This document shows positions 40,447-50,527 of a stretch of DNA of 61,851 bases, piece by piece. The DNA comes from a virus. Taxonomy: Duplodnaviria; Caudoviricetes. Numbering within the stretch: the first letter of the stretch is position 1; each line of letters begins with the position of its first letter. The DNA lies in IMG/VR virus record IMGVR_UViG_3300033182_001489, positions 1-61,851 of that record; one strand, given 5' to 3'. A model generated the notes under the pieces. The model had not been told where the DNA came from. It searched no databases and saw only the letters and a list, made by a program, of their open reading frames with translations. Position numbers and translations under genes: made by a program.

Positions 40447-41727
40447 TCAGCCTGCTCCTTCAACGGTTTGTGGATAGTCAGTATCCTGACCGTATACTTT
40501 TGGATTACTTCCAATAGCGTAGTCACTAGTACTCGTGCCCCACATATAGAGACCGTTTCCAGTTCCGTTTGCTCCACTTTGCTGACAAGTAAAGACCAGA
40601 TCCACAGTCTTATTGTCTCCAATTGAAGCCGCGAAGTTTTGACTATCAAGCTGACAACCCTTGAGCAAGTATTCTTGCACAATTTCAGTGCCGCCATTAG
40701 CGTCATCTCCAGCACATGGCTCACGAAGAGTGATACGGATGTTTCTCAACAGATCATTATTACAAAGAAGATCATTGAGTGTACCATCAGCAATATCAGC
40801 CATTAATGCACTAACACTTAGCGTAATATTTACTGGAGTATCCATTTCTCTTGCATATGGATAAACACTACCAATACGATTCAACGCAGTTCTTGCCAAA
40901 GGCACGTCAAGCGTAAAGTTTTGGATATGCGACGCAGCATTTCCTTCAAGATACGCACCACCCATTTGAGAAACTTCTCCACTTGGGTTTGCTGCATCTG
41001 AAGGACCAGGATTACCTGCATCATTAAAGTTGATTGTGATATCTCCAGGACGCACACAAGCTACATCATAGTTACCAGATTTAGTTCCAGTATCAGAAGC
41101 CTGAGGAAAACTTGCTAGATTTGAAACGTTAGTTCCGACTGTATTATGAGGAACTAACAACTGTCCAGTTTTATTATTAACTGCGGGATTCTTAATATTT
41201 CGCCCAGATCCCTGGAATATAATATTTGAAGCTTCAACAGAAACAGAACAACTTGGAATATCTCCTACTGCAGCTTCAAGACTATAACTAGTAACAGTAC
41301 CGTTACCTATGCCAATAACACCTTCTTGAGTTCCTGCAGACCCTGCAGCTAAATCGTCTCCAGCTTCACTAACAGCAATATAGTAGTTCTTTTCATCTTC
41401 TGTTCCAGTCATGAAACCAGAAATTGCTTGCTTAAGGTTAGATACATTACTTGAACGATCTGTAGTCAAGGTGAATCCAAGCAAGTCTTCATTTCTTCCG
41501 CCGTGAGCATAGTAACTAAAGTCTAGACTTACTGTGGGAGGTTCGATAATTTTTCTTTCGATAGCAGACAATTGTCCGAACTCATTTACGTCTGTTCGAT
41601 TTAACTCGACTCCATGAGAAATGTCTTGTACGCGGAGAAGCTGATCAGTGTTAGACAATTGGTGGTGACCACTAGGTTCTTTAACAAATAAAGCTTCTGA
41701 TTGATATATTACTCTGTTTCTTGCCAT
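40447..41727 (-). CDS. Major tail tube protein
   Basis: 426 aa (MARNRVIYQSEALFV...), first gene after the neck genes, followed by a strong terminator; internally duplicated tube motifs. Confidence 0.7.
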   Translation of the reverse strand: MARNRVIYQSEALFVKEPSGHHQLSNTDQLLRVQDISHGVELNRTDVNEFGQLSAIERKIIEPPTVSLDFSYYAHGGRNEDLLGFTLTTDRSSNVSNLKQAISGFMTGTEDEKNYYIAVSEAGDDLAAGSAGTQEGVIGIGNGTVTSYSLEAAVGDIPSCSVSVEASNIIFQGSGRNIKNPAVNNKTGQLLVPHNTVGTNVSNLASFPQASDTGTKSGNYDVACVRPGDITINFNDAGNPGPSDAANPSGEVSQMGGAYLEGNAASHIQNFTLDVPLARTALNRIGSVYPYAREMDTPVNITLSVSALMADIADGTLNDLLCNNDLLRNIRITLREPCAGDDANGGTEIVQEYLLKGCQLDSQNFAASIGDNKTVDLVFTCQQSGANGTGNGLYMWGTSTSDYAIGSNPKVYGQDTDYPQTVEGAG

Positions 41728-41810
41728 AATTTTAAAATTTAAATAAGGTTAAGGTTACCTTATATTACATAGGTAATTACAAAATGAGAACTTTTTTTTT
41801 ACTAATATAA

Positions 41811-42722
41811 TCAATAGCTATCCATTCGAGGCTTTCGGATAGATGATATCTCAAAATCCATAAAGCCAATCCTCAGTCCCTGAGGGATCTGGGTACCAGA
41901 TCTATCAAACAATTTTGAGACAATTACACGATCAATAAAAGCAGGAAATCGTGGGCCTTTCTTGGATTTAACAAATTCAGGATAACTATATGGAAAATTC
42001 TTAACATGGTAAAATTCTCCAAATGGAAAATCTTCAAACTCAATCAATTCAAATTGCGTTTTTTGTCTATCTCGAAATAAAGATAGTACTGCATCCAGGC
42101 TATAGTTACTGTCAGTAATTAGGACTACTCTAATTACTGTCCTAGTATCATCAACACCTCCCATTGCCCATGCTTCATTTGATGAAGAATTTAAACTAAT
42201 AAAAGCTGCAGGTAATGTATATTTTCTATCGCCAAGTTCAGCCTGCTGCTTTAAATAAGTAGGCTCTCCAGCAACATCACTCAATATAAAATCATTTTGA
42301 AGAAGTAATTGCTCTTCTGTTTCATTTGTAATGTATACATTAACCTCTTTTCTTTTAAAATGCCCGCTTATATGCTTGTCAATTAAATCCTGGCCTCCAG
42401 AATCTTTACCCTTAACCAAAACTCGACCTTCGTTATGATCAATCAATAAATTATGAACAGCATCTCCCTGCTCCACAAAAACATTATTAATATAAACACC
42501 AGACGGTTCAGAAATTCCGTTTGAAACGAGCTGTCTGTCAGAACAATAATATGCGTCATAATTTGTAGGAACATCTAGTCCTGCTCCATCTGGACCCCTA
42601 ACAACAACATCAAAATCTTGGCCATCAACAGGTTGAGAATAAGCTTCTGCTCTTCTGGTTAAAATGTCATCAAACCATAAATAAAAACTAGATTGCAATA
42701 GATGATCAAATTGCTCTTTCAT
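41811..42722 (-). CDS. Tail completion/terminator-type neck protein (putative)
   Basis: 303 aa; YTLPAAFISL...AMGG motif; position before the tube gene. Confidence 0.5.
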   Translation of the reverse strand: MKEQFDHLLQSSFYLWFDDILTRRAEAYSQPVDGQDFDVVVRGPDGAGLDVPTNYDAYYCSDRQLVSNGISEPSGVYINNVFVEQGDAVHNLLIDHNEGRVLVKGKDSGGQDLIDKHISGHFKRKEVNVYITNETEEQLLLQNDFILSDVAGEPTYLKQQAELGDRKYTLPAAFISLNSSSNEAWAMGGVDDTRTVIRVVLITDSNYSLDAVLSLFRDRQKTQFELIEFEDFPFGEFYHVKNFPYSYPEFVKSKKGPRFPAFIDRVIVSKLFDRSGTQIPQGLRIGFMDFEISSIRKPRMDSY

Positions 42723-43303
42723 TTAATATCTAATGTTGACGTTAAATTTTTAATTAAATTTCCAATTATTTGGGTCATATATGGAGTGCCAGACATATCT
42801 GAACTCCTAACCGTTCCTTTAACTTGGATAGCTTTTCCAGAGCGACTTGCTTGGGAATCTTTTACAAGGTATTGTCCCAGGCCAGATATCCCTGTTTCGA
42901 TTTCTTTTGCCCAGCTCCTACCAGGCGCCCAAGGCATTGGGGTCAATGCTTCAATTTCAGACATAGAGGGAATATCTATATTAAAAACAATCTCAATCAA
43001 GGACTGGGACGACTTAACGAACTTAACCTTAAGAGAAGATATTAATAAAGCCCTGAGCGCATTAGTTGGCTTATCTCCCGAATCAAAACCAATGAATGAA
43101 AATAGGCTTCCTCCTCCAGGAAAAGACGATCCAGAATTACTTTTTAAATCACGAGTTACAGAATGTGAGTCAAATTCAGAAAGCATTTTTTGTTTTACTT
43201 TTTTAACATCGCTGCGAATTTTTTGCTCAATCCTTTTTCTAAACTTTAATGAATATTGTTGAGCAATCTCCCTCCTCAAGCCTTTCATATTAATTTGCGC
43301 CAT
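42719..43303 (-). CDS. Neck/morphogenesis protein (putative)
   Basis: 194 aa, basic, in the head-tail joining cluster. Confidence 0.45.
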   Translation of the reverse strand: MAQINMKGLRREIAQQYSLKFRKRIEQKIRSDVKKVKQKMLSEFDSHSVTRDLKSNSGSSFPGGGSLFSFIGFDSGDKPTNALRALLISSLKVKFVKSSQSLIEIVFNIDIPSMSEIEALTPMPWAPGRSWAKEIETGISGLGQYLVKDSQASRSGKAIQVKGTVRSSDMSGTPYMTQIIGNLIKNLTSTLDIK

Positions 43304-43305
43304 TC

Positions 43306-43758
43306 TTAATCCTTCCTTCTTAAATATAGAACGTGATAGTGAGGAGCAAATGGTCCAGTTTTGCCCGAATCACTCATTAGCTCATACAATTGATTGTCAA
43401 TTTCTAATTTAGATGAAGACTTGATATGTAAGTAACCATCGTTATCAATTTTCAACCTAACAGATCCATCGGGTAAAGATAAATTAACTTGAGCACTTGT
43501 GCCAGATAATCTATTATGCTCAGTTGTTGTAATATAATTTATTCTTGCCTTAGCTGTTATTTCTGTAAATTTCCCAAGGGTCTTTTGCTGACTTTTTAAT
43601 CTATTATACAATGCGTTATAAGTGCTTGTAGTGGTAGCTATAAATGTTTCAGTCTTTCTTTTAAATATTTTTATTTCCCTCGCGAACGTCTCATGAACAT
43701 CCTCAATGGCGCTTCGAATTTGTGTGCGCATTTCTTCTGGAACAAGATTTGTAGCCAT
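43306..43758 (-). CDS. Head-closure protein (putative)
   Basis: 150 aa, beta-rich, ends YHVLYLRR; follows the adaptor gene. Confidence 0.5.
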   Translation of the reverse strand: MATNLVPEEMRTQIRSAIEDVHETFAREIKIFKRKTETFIATTTSTYNALYNRLKSQQKTLGKFTEITAKARINYITTTEHNRLSGTSAQVNLSLPDGSVRLKIDNDGYLHIKSSSKLEIDNQLYELMSDSGKTGPFAPHYHVLYLRRKD

Positions 43759-43759
43759 T

Positions 43760-44344
43760 TTACCTTATTTGGCTAGGTTTTGCACCATGCATATTATATG
43801 CAGCAATCAAATCCTCCATTTGAGACCTGGAGTCGTTCATTAATTCTCTATACTGCTTAGCAAAATCATCAAGATCAATACGGGTGGTTGTTGCAGACGT
43901 AGTTGTTCCTCCTGTAGACGTTTTATATAAAGGCTCTCTTTTGATTGTGGTATCACCCTCTTGAATTTCAGTCCACTCACTCATTCCCACAAAATCAGAT
44001 GCAGAACTCGTTGAACTTGATCCAGAACTTCCTGTTGGAATTGTTATAGATTGGCCAGTGAGTATTTTTCTAGTCGACTTAGAATAATAATTCACCATAT
44101 GCATTTGAGTATATATTGCAGCCTCTTCATGGCCAAAAGAATATAAAGCGGTGTCGGGCACAGCAAAATATCCCGATACTGGGCAAAACTCAGTATGAAT
44201 TCTACTATTAAGCTTTCCTATATTTGCATCAAGCCATCCAGATATTCTAGTCTGATTTGACAGTGTAGGATCACCGTCATATTCGTTTTGATAAATTTCG
44301 TTCGCTAAGTCGCCAACTTTATAAGCTCCATCGATATTGTACAT
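43760..44344 (-). CDS. Head-tail adaptor (putative)
   Basis: 194 aa; WTEIQEGDTTIKR resembles the adaptor beta-hairpin; position after the capsid gene. Confidence 0.5.
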   Translation of the reverse strand: MYNIDGAYKVGDLANEIYQNEYDGDPTLSNQTRISGWLDANIGKLNSRIHTEFCPVSGYFAVPDTALYSFGHEEAAIYTQMHMVNYYSKSTRKILTGQSITIPTGSSGSSSTSSASDFVGMSEWTEIQEGDTTIKREPLYKTSTGGTTTSATTTRIDLDDFAKQYRELMNDSRSQMEDLIAAYNMHGAKPSQIR

Positions 44345-44353
44345 TTTTTCGCA

Positions 44354-44749
44354 TTATTTTTTATTCCATATGGAATCAATTTGTTTTTGCAAGTTTGAAT
44401 CGGGAGTTTTTGCTTCATTTACTGGAATAGCTGCAACCCCCTTATCTTTACCTTTAGTATGTGCAGTAAAACCCTTTATTATTTTTTTCTTTAATAATGT
44501 CTTATTGCCGCTTGGAAATATTCCTGCCCCAACAGCAAGTTCTCGTAAATCAGTAAGATTCATTCCTTGAAGTTTTTGATCTAGCTCCTCTGCAGAGCTA
44601 ACTCCAAAAGGATTTTTTTTATTTAAACCCATTATCTCATTTATGTCATGAGCCAGCTTCACTTTAGCAGCTGCTTCAGATTCCTGAGATTCGTCTTTTC
44701 CGTGAATTTCTTCGATTTGTTTTGTTTTTCTTTTTTTTGAATTTGCCAT
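44354..44749 (-). CDS. Hypothetical protein after the capsid gene
   Basis: 131 aa; AAGGGG SD-like sequence and a GTGTA motif (44781-44785) upstream. Confidence 0.6.
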   Translation of the reverse strand: MANSKKRKTKQIEEIHGKDESQESEAAAKVKLAHDINEIMGLNKKNPFGVSSAEELDQKLQGMNLTDLRELAVGAGIFPSGNKTLLKKKIIKGFTAHTKGKDKGVAAIPVNEAKTPDSNLQKQIDSIWNKK

Positions 44750-44803
44750 ATTACCCCTTTATATATATTATACTATGGTATACACAAAAGTCAATTCCTT
44801 GTG

Positions 44804-44840
44804 AAAAACAAAAGGGCCTGTCTTTCGACAGACCCTTTTG
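44804..44840 (-). terminator. Rho-independent terminator after the major capsid gene
   Basis: Minus strand CAAAAGGGTCTGTC-GAAA-GACAGGCCCTTTTG then TTTTT (GNRA loop, one G-U pair). Confidence 0.85.
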
Positions 44841-44865
44841 CGGGGGGAGGGGGGAACAAAGAAAC

Positions 44866-45999
44866 CTAGATCTTGATTCCGTACAATGCACGGTTATCAA
44901 GAATTACTCGGCCTTCCTCCAAAGAACCGTAGTAACCAATCTTTCCTTGGCGAACGCTATACTGATCATCAACAGCAAGATTCATTTCAGAACCTGTTTC
45001 TGAATCAGTTGCAACAGCTCTCCAGAGAGAACTTACGGAAGCGTCAAGGCCAATCACTAACTGATCGGAAGAAGAGGTAAAGGAACTTACTGCCTTTTTA
45101 CTTCCTGCAGCAATAACCATTTGTTCGAACACATCATTAAACCTTTGGTCTTTTCCGAGCTCACTGAATTCTTGAAGGCGAATTCCAAAAAATTCTCCGA
45201 TGCCAGAGTTTCTCCAAAGGCTTTCGCGCATTGAATCAGTAGCAGCAATCGTAGAATCAGCTACGCCATTTCCACTACCTTTTTCAACCTTAACACCAGC
45301 AGAGGTGTTAACAGGATTGTAGGCGAGAGAGCGAAGGTCTTCTACAATTTCAGGAGAAACCAGCAAATCAGTTACTCCACGGCTACTTCCTCCATCTGGA
45401 GTTCCGCCGTACCAAGATTTATGAATTCTCTTGGAAAGAGTAATAAGCTTATTGAAATCTTCAAGCATGATTCTGCTATTGGCTGACTCATGAATATGAG
45501 AAACGCCATCAGTTTTTGCTTCAGACAAAGCGCCGAGAACAAGATTTGCTGAAGTAGCTTCTTGCTTGATCATGATTTCCTGAGCAAGACGAGTCATGCT
45601 TTTTCCGATAACATCCATTCGGGATTTAGAAGCATACCTCTTATCGAAGCTAATAGCACTATCAAGACGATAAGTTGTAAACTTCATTTCCGAATGAGTA
45701 GGTTGAACTTGGTTGGTAGGAAGACCACCTGCAAGAGATTGACTCCAGGTGTAAATGTAATCTTCGTCGGTCACATCATAGTAAAGATCCAAAGGAAAAC
45801 TAGGATTATCCTCAGAATTAAAGCTAAAGCTTTGAAACTTATTAGCAAGCGTAGGTGCTTGATTAACTACTTGAGCGAGTACGGGAGCAATAAATCTTGC
45901 TAAGGCTGCTTGAGCTTCATACGCAACATCTCTGTTGGAAGAAGCCATGGCTTTAACAAGTTCTACTTGTTCGTCTGTATGTTTAAGTGTAATTTCCAT
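44866..45999 (-). CDS. Major capsid protein (HK97 fold)
   Basis: 377 aa; AAGGAG SD; follows protease and decoration genes; DLLVSPE and GYYGSLEEGRVILDNRAL patterns; terminator downstream. Confidence 0.8.
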   Translation of the reverse strand: MEITLKHTDEQVELVKAMASSNRDVAYEAQAALARFIAPVLAQVVNQAPTLANKFQSFSFNSEDNPSFPLDLYYDVTDEDYIYTWSQSLAGGLPTNQVQPTHSEMKFTTYRLDSAISFDKRYASKSRMDVIGKSMTRLAQEIMIKQEATSANLVLGALSEAKTDGVSHIHESANSRIMLEDFNKLITLSKRIHKSWYGGTPDGGSSRGVTDLLVSPEIVEDLRSLAYNPVNTSAGVKVEKGSGNGVADSTIAATDSMRESLWRNSGIGEFFGIRLQEFSELGKDQRFNDVFEQMVIAAGSKKAVSSFTSSSDQLVIGLDASVSSLWRAVATDSETGSEMNLAVDDQYSVRQGKIGYYGSLEEGRVILDNRALYGIKI

Positions 46000-46013
46000 T
46001 TTTTTAAATCTCC

Positions 46014-46652
46014 TTATGTGGCCGTGTTGGCTCCAAATTCAAATTTTATGACTGCGTAATCTCCAACAAATTGATCGGGATTTCCGTTTTGCGAAGCGCG
46101 AGTTCCAGTAGCAAGAATCTTGCCCACAGAAGCTGCCGAAGTTGTCGCTTCACTCTCCAGCTTTCCAGCTACAGTGGTAGAAACTTTAACAGATTTATGC
46201 GCAGTGTTCAAAGAACTAAATGCGCTAGCGCCAAGAGTAAAAATTCCTCTTGTTGCGATTGGTACTGCTTCACCAGAAGTTACAGCAAAAAGCTCAGCTT
46301 TCTTTTGTGGATAACGCAGAAGATTTTCTCCGTTTTCGTCGTGAGTTAATGTTTGAGCCAGGGTAATTCCAAGCGCTTCAACACTACTAGTAGAAGCAGC
46401 TTCAACTTTCATTGGAGCTTCTGGATAGTAGTTTCTGGCGACATTTGGGTAATCCGAAGGTCCAAGCAAATCAGAGTTTGCAGAAAGACCGATCGGCTCA
46501 CCAATCTTGGGATTACCTGCTTTCACCTGAACGACCATGCCAGCATCACTATGTGTTTCCGAAGGCTTCGCGTTAACTTGTCCGTCGAAAGCAAACATAT
46601 TGATTACTTCATTTTCGTCGTATTGTCTGAATGGTAATATTCTAATAGCCAT
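46014..46652 (-). CDS. Head decoration/cement protein (putative)
   Basis: 212 aa between scaffold and capsid genes; ALGITL...AVPIATRGIF pattern. Confidence 0.6.
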   Translation of the reverse strand: MAIRILPFRQYDENEVINMFAFDGQVNAKPSETHSDAGMVVQVKAGNPKIGEPIGLSANSDLLGPSDYPNVARNYYPEAPMKVEAASTSSVEALGITLAQTLTHDENGENLLRYPQKKAELFAVTSGEAVPIATRGIFTLGASAFSSLNTAHKSVKVSTTVAGKLESEATTSAASVGKILATGTRASQNGNPDQFVGDYAVIKFEFGANTAT

Positions 46653-46676
46653 AGTAGTTTTCTTTGTTTATATAAA

Positions 46677-48221
46677 TTAGTATTTAATTGATACATTTTC
46701 TGCCGAAAATGCTTTTTCAAATTTTTCAGTTAGAGATTCTTCTTCAACCGATTCAGAATTATTATTCGGAATAGCTTCTTCAGATTCTTCTACGTTTTCA
46801 AGAGCGGCATCAACAACTTCTGCAGAATCTTCAGGTTGATTTTCTCCCAAGCGCCTTTGAACTTCTTCGGCAATTTTTGCCTCAAGCTCTTCAGCCTGCT
46901 TTTGAATGAACTCTTTATTTTTATGCGCCCAAATTTTTGCGAACTTTTCTTTATATTCTGCAAAAGCTTCATCAGCGATGTCTACAGAATTTAACTCGGA
47001 AGCAATTATTTTAAGATCATCTTCACTCAAATCATACTCATTAGAGAGTGATTCCATACGAGCATTAAATGCATCTTGAAAATCCCTTTCGGCATTTTCT
47101 TTTTGAATTTGTTCCAGTTGTTCTTGAGCATTTTTAAATTCAACATTCAATGCATCATATTTTTCAGCAATTTCAGCTTGAGCACTCTCAAGTTCTTTAG
47201 CCTTTGATTCGGCTTCTTCAACTTGCGACTTCCATTCTGAAGACTTTTCAATGATTACATCGTTGACGAGTTTAGTAATGCTTGCCACAGCTTCCTCCGA
47301 AAAGTCGTTTGCACGACGTTTTTCTTCAAGAAGGGATTCCAAGCCAGTTATTAATTTTTCAGTGTCCATATTATCTAAAATATTTTCTTTGTTTTGAATT
47401 ACATTGTTTTTATCTGTATGAGAACTTTTATTTTTAATTTTGTTCAAAAATGCGTCATTTGATAGTGTATTTGTTTTTTCTGCATCGTCTTGCTCGACAA
47501 CGACAACGCCCTTAACATCAGCTGCGGGCTTGGTTGTAAATGCAACGCCAAGAGGGAAAACTTCACCTATTACAAGTCGATGAACAGGTCTACCATCTTC
47601 CAGTTTTCCAGTACCTCCAAAAGAGACTAAATTATCTTTTAGCTCTTCAGCTTCTTGTCCGTAAACAACTTCACATTCTTTTAAATCTTTAGACCCAATT
47701 GCAACTGCGAATTCATTGAATCCAAGTTCCCAGCTCGTAGACACAACAGTCGAAAGTTCGCCGTCTTCAGTTTCTGAAGATTCCAGCATGTTTGAGAACT
47801 CTGGGCTTGCATTCTTATATACTACCGCAGCTAATGATATATTATAGGGGTCTTTAGTAGAAAGAGCTTGTTCGTCGGACATTATCTGACTATCTCCAAA
47901 AGATGAAAATCCAGAAGATACAATATGACCAACAACTTGATCTCTTTTATGCTCAATATTAGTAGGCTTGTGTATAAAAAAGTCTTTAATGGAAACAGCG
48001 GTATTAGAATCTATACCATCTCCATTTTTATTAAATTTATTAACTACCGCTGCATTAAAAGCAACACCAAGCAAATCTATATTTCTATTTAAATTAATAT
48101 CAGAAGGAATTAAAGGCTTTAAATTATCCAACGAAGCTTGGGAGATTTGCTCTGGAGCAACAGGTGCTGCAGAAGCTACAACTTCTATTTCAAAAGAAGC
48201 CTTATATTTATATTCATTCAT
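46677..48221 (-). CDS. Prohead protease fused to coiled-coil scaffold
   Basis: N-terminal FNKNGD...NIEH...VVG...STSWELGF (candidate His/Ser catalytic residues); acidic coiled-coil C-terminus. Confidence 0.75.
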   Translation of the reverse strand: MNEYKYKASFEIEVVASAAPVAPEQISQASLDNLKPLIPSDINLNRNIDLLGVAFNAAVVNKFNKNGDGIDSNTAVSIKDFFIHKPTNIEHKRDQVVGHIVSSGFSSFGDSQIMSDEQALSTKDPYNISLAAVVYKNASPEFSNMLESSETEDGELSTVVSTSWELGFNEFAVAIGSKDLKECEVVYGQEAEELKDNLVSFGGTGKLEDGRPVHRLVIGEVFPLGVAFTTKPAADVKGVVVVEQDDAEKTNTLSNDAFLNKIKNKSSHTDKNNVIQNKENILDNMDTEKLITGLESLLEEKRRANDFSEEAVASITKLVNDVIIEKSSEWKSQVEEAESKAKELESAQAEIAEKYDALNVEFKNAQEQLEQIQKENAERDFQDAFNARMESLSNEYDLSEDDLKIIASELNSVDIADEAFAEYKEKFAKIWAHKNKEFIQKQAEELEAKIAEEVQRRLGENQPEDSAEVVDAALENVEESEEAIPNNNSESVEEESLTEKFEKAFSAENVSIKY

Positions 48222-48415
48222 TTATTTCCCAAATTATCGAAATCCGCCTTACTGCAAAATTTAGCCAGCTTGGTTCCGTCATCATCGACTGCGGCAAAGC
48301 CATATCGCTCAGAAATTTTACCGCTTTTTAATTTGCGCTTGTATACCTTTTTCTCGACTTTATCTTCGGGAATTTGTACTTTTGATTTTTTTCTTACGTT
48401 ATAAAATTCGATCAT
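48218..48415 (-). CDS. Small basic putative DNA-binding protein (CC1/DUF5679-like)
   Basis: 65 aa, Lys-rich, FYNVRKK...G...DGTKLAKF; has its own GTGTA motif at 48428-48432. Confidence 0.5.
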   Translation of the reverse strand: MIEFYNVRKKSKVQIPEDKVEKKVYKRKLKSGKISERYGFAAVDDDGTKLAKFCSKADFDNLGNK

Positions 48416-48447
48416 ATCAACATATGATACACAAAAAAAACTAATTT

Positions 48448-50478
48448 TTAAATTTTACTATGATATAAAATTGCAGCAGCGTAATCGGTCAATTCATGAT
48501 TAGCTGCGACATCACTAATTTGATCTAAAGTCTTCAGAGTCTCTATCTTATTAAAATTGTCTATACACTCAGATCCAACAGATTCCCACTCCGACTTATT
48601 TGCAGAGACTACGATTGATTCTACTAATTTATCAATTGATTCGGACTGATTTTTATTTAATCTTTTGGTCTTTATCTTTTGCTTCATCTGTTTCCCTAAA
48701 TCTGTTCTCAAGGATTCTATAGCATATATAGTTTCTTGAATTTCTTTTCTTGAGTAAGATGCGTTCGCTCCAGTGGGCCGACCGACTTCCTTGGGCGGGG
48801 TTTTTAGAGCTTGATTAGGTTGCTGAGCCTGCTGCTTAATTTCCTCATTTTTATTTTTTGCATCTTGTTTGATTTTTTCTTTTGAAAGTTTTTCATCAAC
48901 TTTTCTTTGCTCTTGAGCTCCAGGAGGTTCAATAAAAGGCACTCCACCTATTAATGGATTGTATAAACCTTTTTCTCTTTGCTTTGTATATTCTTCTTGA
49001 TTTTTGACCAATTCTTCGGGAGTTGGATATACTCCAGTTTGAATTGTCTTTAATCCATCTTCTGCAGACAATACGCCTAACTCAATTAATCTTGTCGCAA
49101 TTCTTTGTAACTGCACTTCATCCTTAATATCAATATCTTCAAATTTAGCCTGTGGAAATTTTCGAAAACCCATGGTTCTACATACCATTTTAATTTGAGG
49201 TTGAAGAAAATCATTAATGAAGGCATTGCGTGCCTCTTTTAACCTTTCAAGAAATATCTGAGCTTTTACTTGCGTATTTGCGTACTTTTCTTGGCCAACA
49301 ATTACGTTCTGCAGGGCATCTCTAATATCTTCGTTGACGACTTTATATTTTTCTGGACCAAGTACTTTATTAATTTCAGGAATGACAAAATTTGCTTTTG
49401 TCGTATAATCGCTAACTAAAACCCGACCAACACTTTCATTTGCAAAGAGCTGTTGCATTGCCCCAAGATTAGTAGGGTTTATCCCTCCTTTATCAGGCTC
49501 TGCCCCCATTGTTATTAAAAGAATAACATTCTCAACTGTACGACTAATGGCCTGATCAATTTTCTTAAGCTCTAGTTTCCAATTTATATCTTCCAGGACT
49601 GGAAAACCAAATGGCACAGCAAAAGGTTCATAATCTTGTTTTTTATAAAAAGAATAGCTTAATTTTTCTGAATCAAGTTGTACATATATCCCTTCTCGGG
49701 AAAAGCGTTTTTCTTTAATTTCTTTTTTAGTTTTTTGAGGTAGGCTATCAAAAAATTCTTTATCCTCTTTGGTTTTTGGCGTACGCAATCTATCTAGTTC
49801 ATATTCTGATAGAATCTTTTTATAATCTCCATCTTCAAATGCCGTTGTTCTCGTAGCAACAATATCATACGGGTTTAATAAAATATATCTTACAGGAATT
49901 TCGCCCAGTTTTAACGAAGATCCATATATGGACGTTATCTTCTTAAAATCTTCTCGATTAAATTTCCCATCAACTCTGTATAAAAAAACATTCCCCGATC
50001 GATAGTATTCTCTAAAATATTGATCTTTAAGATTCCATATCTTAGCTTTGTCTAACCATTTATCAATAAACTCTCTTGCTGGCGCAGTACCACCCTCAAG
50101 ATGTATTTTTGAATTGGCAAATTCTGCCATAATGTCAATTGCGTTTCTAAAAATTGCCACATTTGCATATGCTTTCTGGCAAAGCTCTATAGATTCTCTG
50201 ACTGATATGCCTGAAGACATTGCCTCAAAGGGTAGTATGCCTTCATGTATGTTTACATATTTTTGACTCTTTTTGGCGGAATGAGAGGTTTTTGATAAAC
50301 TCAAATTATCCTTGCCAGATCTGGGCTGAGATCTTATATAAGAAGACTCGCTATAATAACTAGATCCACAAAGCCTTGGCTCCACCGCTTCGGATTGATT
50401 GAATAATTGATCAAGGCTATGATTGTTTTTTTCAAACTTGTTCCAATAGTCAGACCTTTTTGTATATTTTCTTGCCAT
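48448..50478 (-). CDS. Portal protein
   Basis: 676 aa between terminase and protease; YANVAIFRNAIDIMAEF, EYYRSGNVFLY, PFGFPVLEDI, GRP near the C-terminus; GTGTA motif at 50488-50492. Confidence 0.8.
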   Translation of the reverse strand: MARKYTKRSDYWNKFEKNNHSLDQLFNQSEAVEPRLCGSSYYSESSYIRSQPRSGKDNLSLSKTSHSAKKSQKYVNIHEGILPFEAMSSGISVRESIELCQKAYANVAIFRNAIDIMAEFANSKIHLEGGTAPAREFIDKWLDKAKIWNLKDQYFREYYRSGNVFLYRVDGKFNREDFKKITSIYGSSLKLGEIPVRYILLNPYDIVATRTTAFEDGDYKKILSEYELDRLRTPKTKEDKEFFDSLPQKTKKEIKEKRFSREGIYVQLDSEKLSYSFYKKQDYEPFAVPFGFPVLEDINWKLELKKIDQAISRTVENVILLITMGAEPDKGGINPTNLGAMQQLFANESVGRVLVSDYTTKANFVIPEINKVLGPEKYKVVNEDIRDALQNVIVGQEKYANTQVKAQIFLERLKEARNAFINDFLQPQIKMVCRTMGFRKFPQAKFEDIDIKDEVQLQRIATRLIELGVLSAEDGLKTIQTGVYPTPEELVKNQEEYTKQREKGLYNPLIGGVPFIEPPGAQEQRKVDEKLSKEKIKQDAKNKNEEIKQQAQQPNQALKTPPKEVGRPTGANASYSRKEIQETIYAIESLRTDLGKQMKQKIKTKRLNKNQSESIDKLVESIVVSANKSEWESVGSECIDNFNKIETLKTLDQISDVAANHELTDYAAAILYHSKI

Positions 50479-50502
50479 GTTATATCATACACATAAAAGT
50501 CC

Positions 50503-50527
50503 AAAAGTTAACTTAAAGTTAACTTTT
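50503..50527. promoter_or_regulatory. 25-bp palindrome built from two AAGTTAACTT units
   Basis: aaaagttaactt-a-aagttaactttt just upstream of the portal promoter motif. Confidence 0.4.

Noticed and set aside
1340-46652. Contractile tail, tailocin or secretion-system interpretation
   Set aside because: No sheath or baseplate-wedge gene is recognisable, and terminase, portal and capsid genes indicate a genuine phage.
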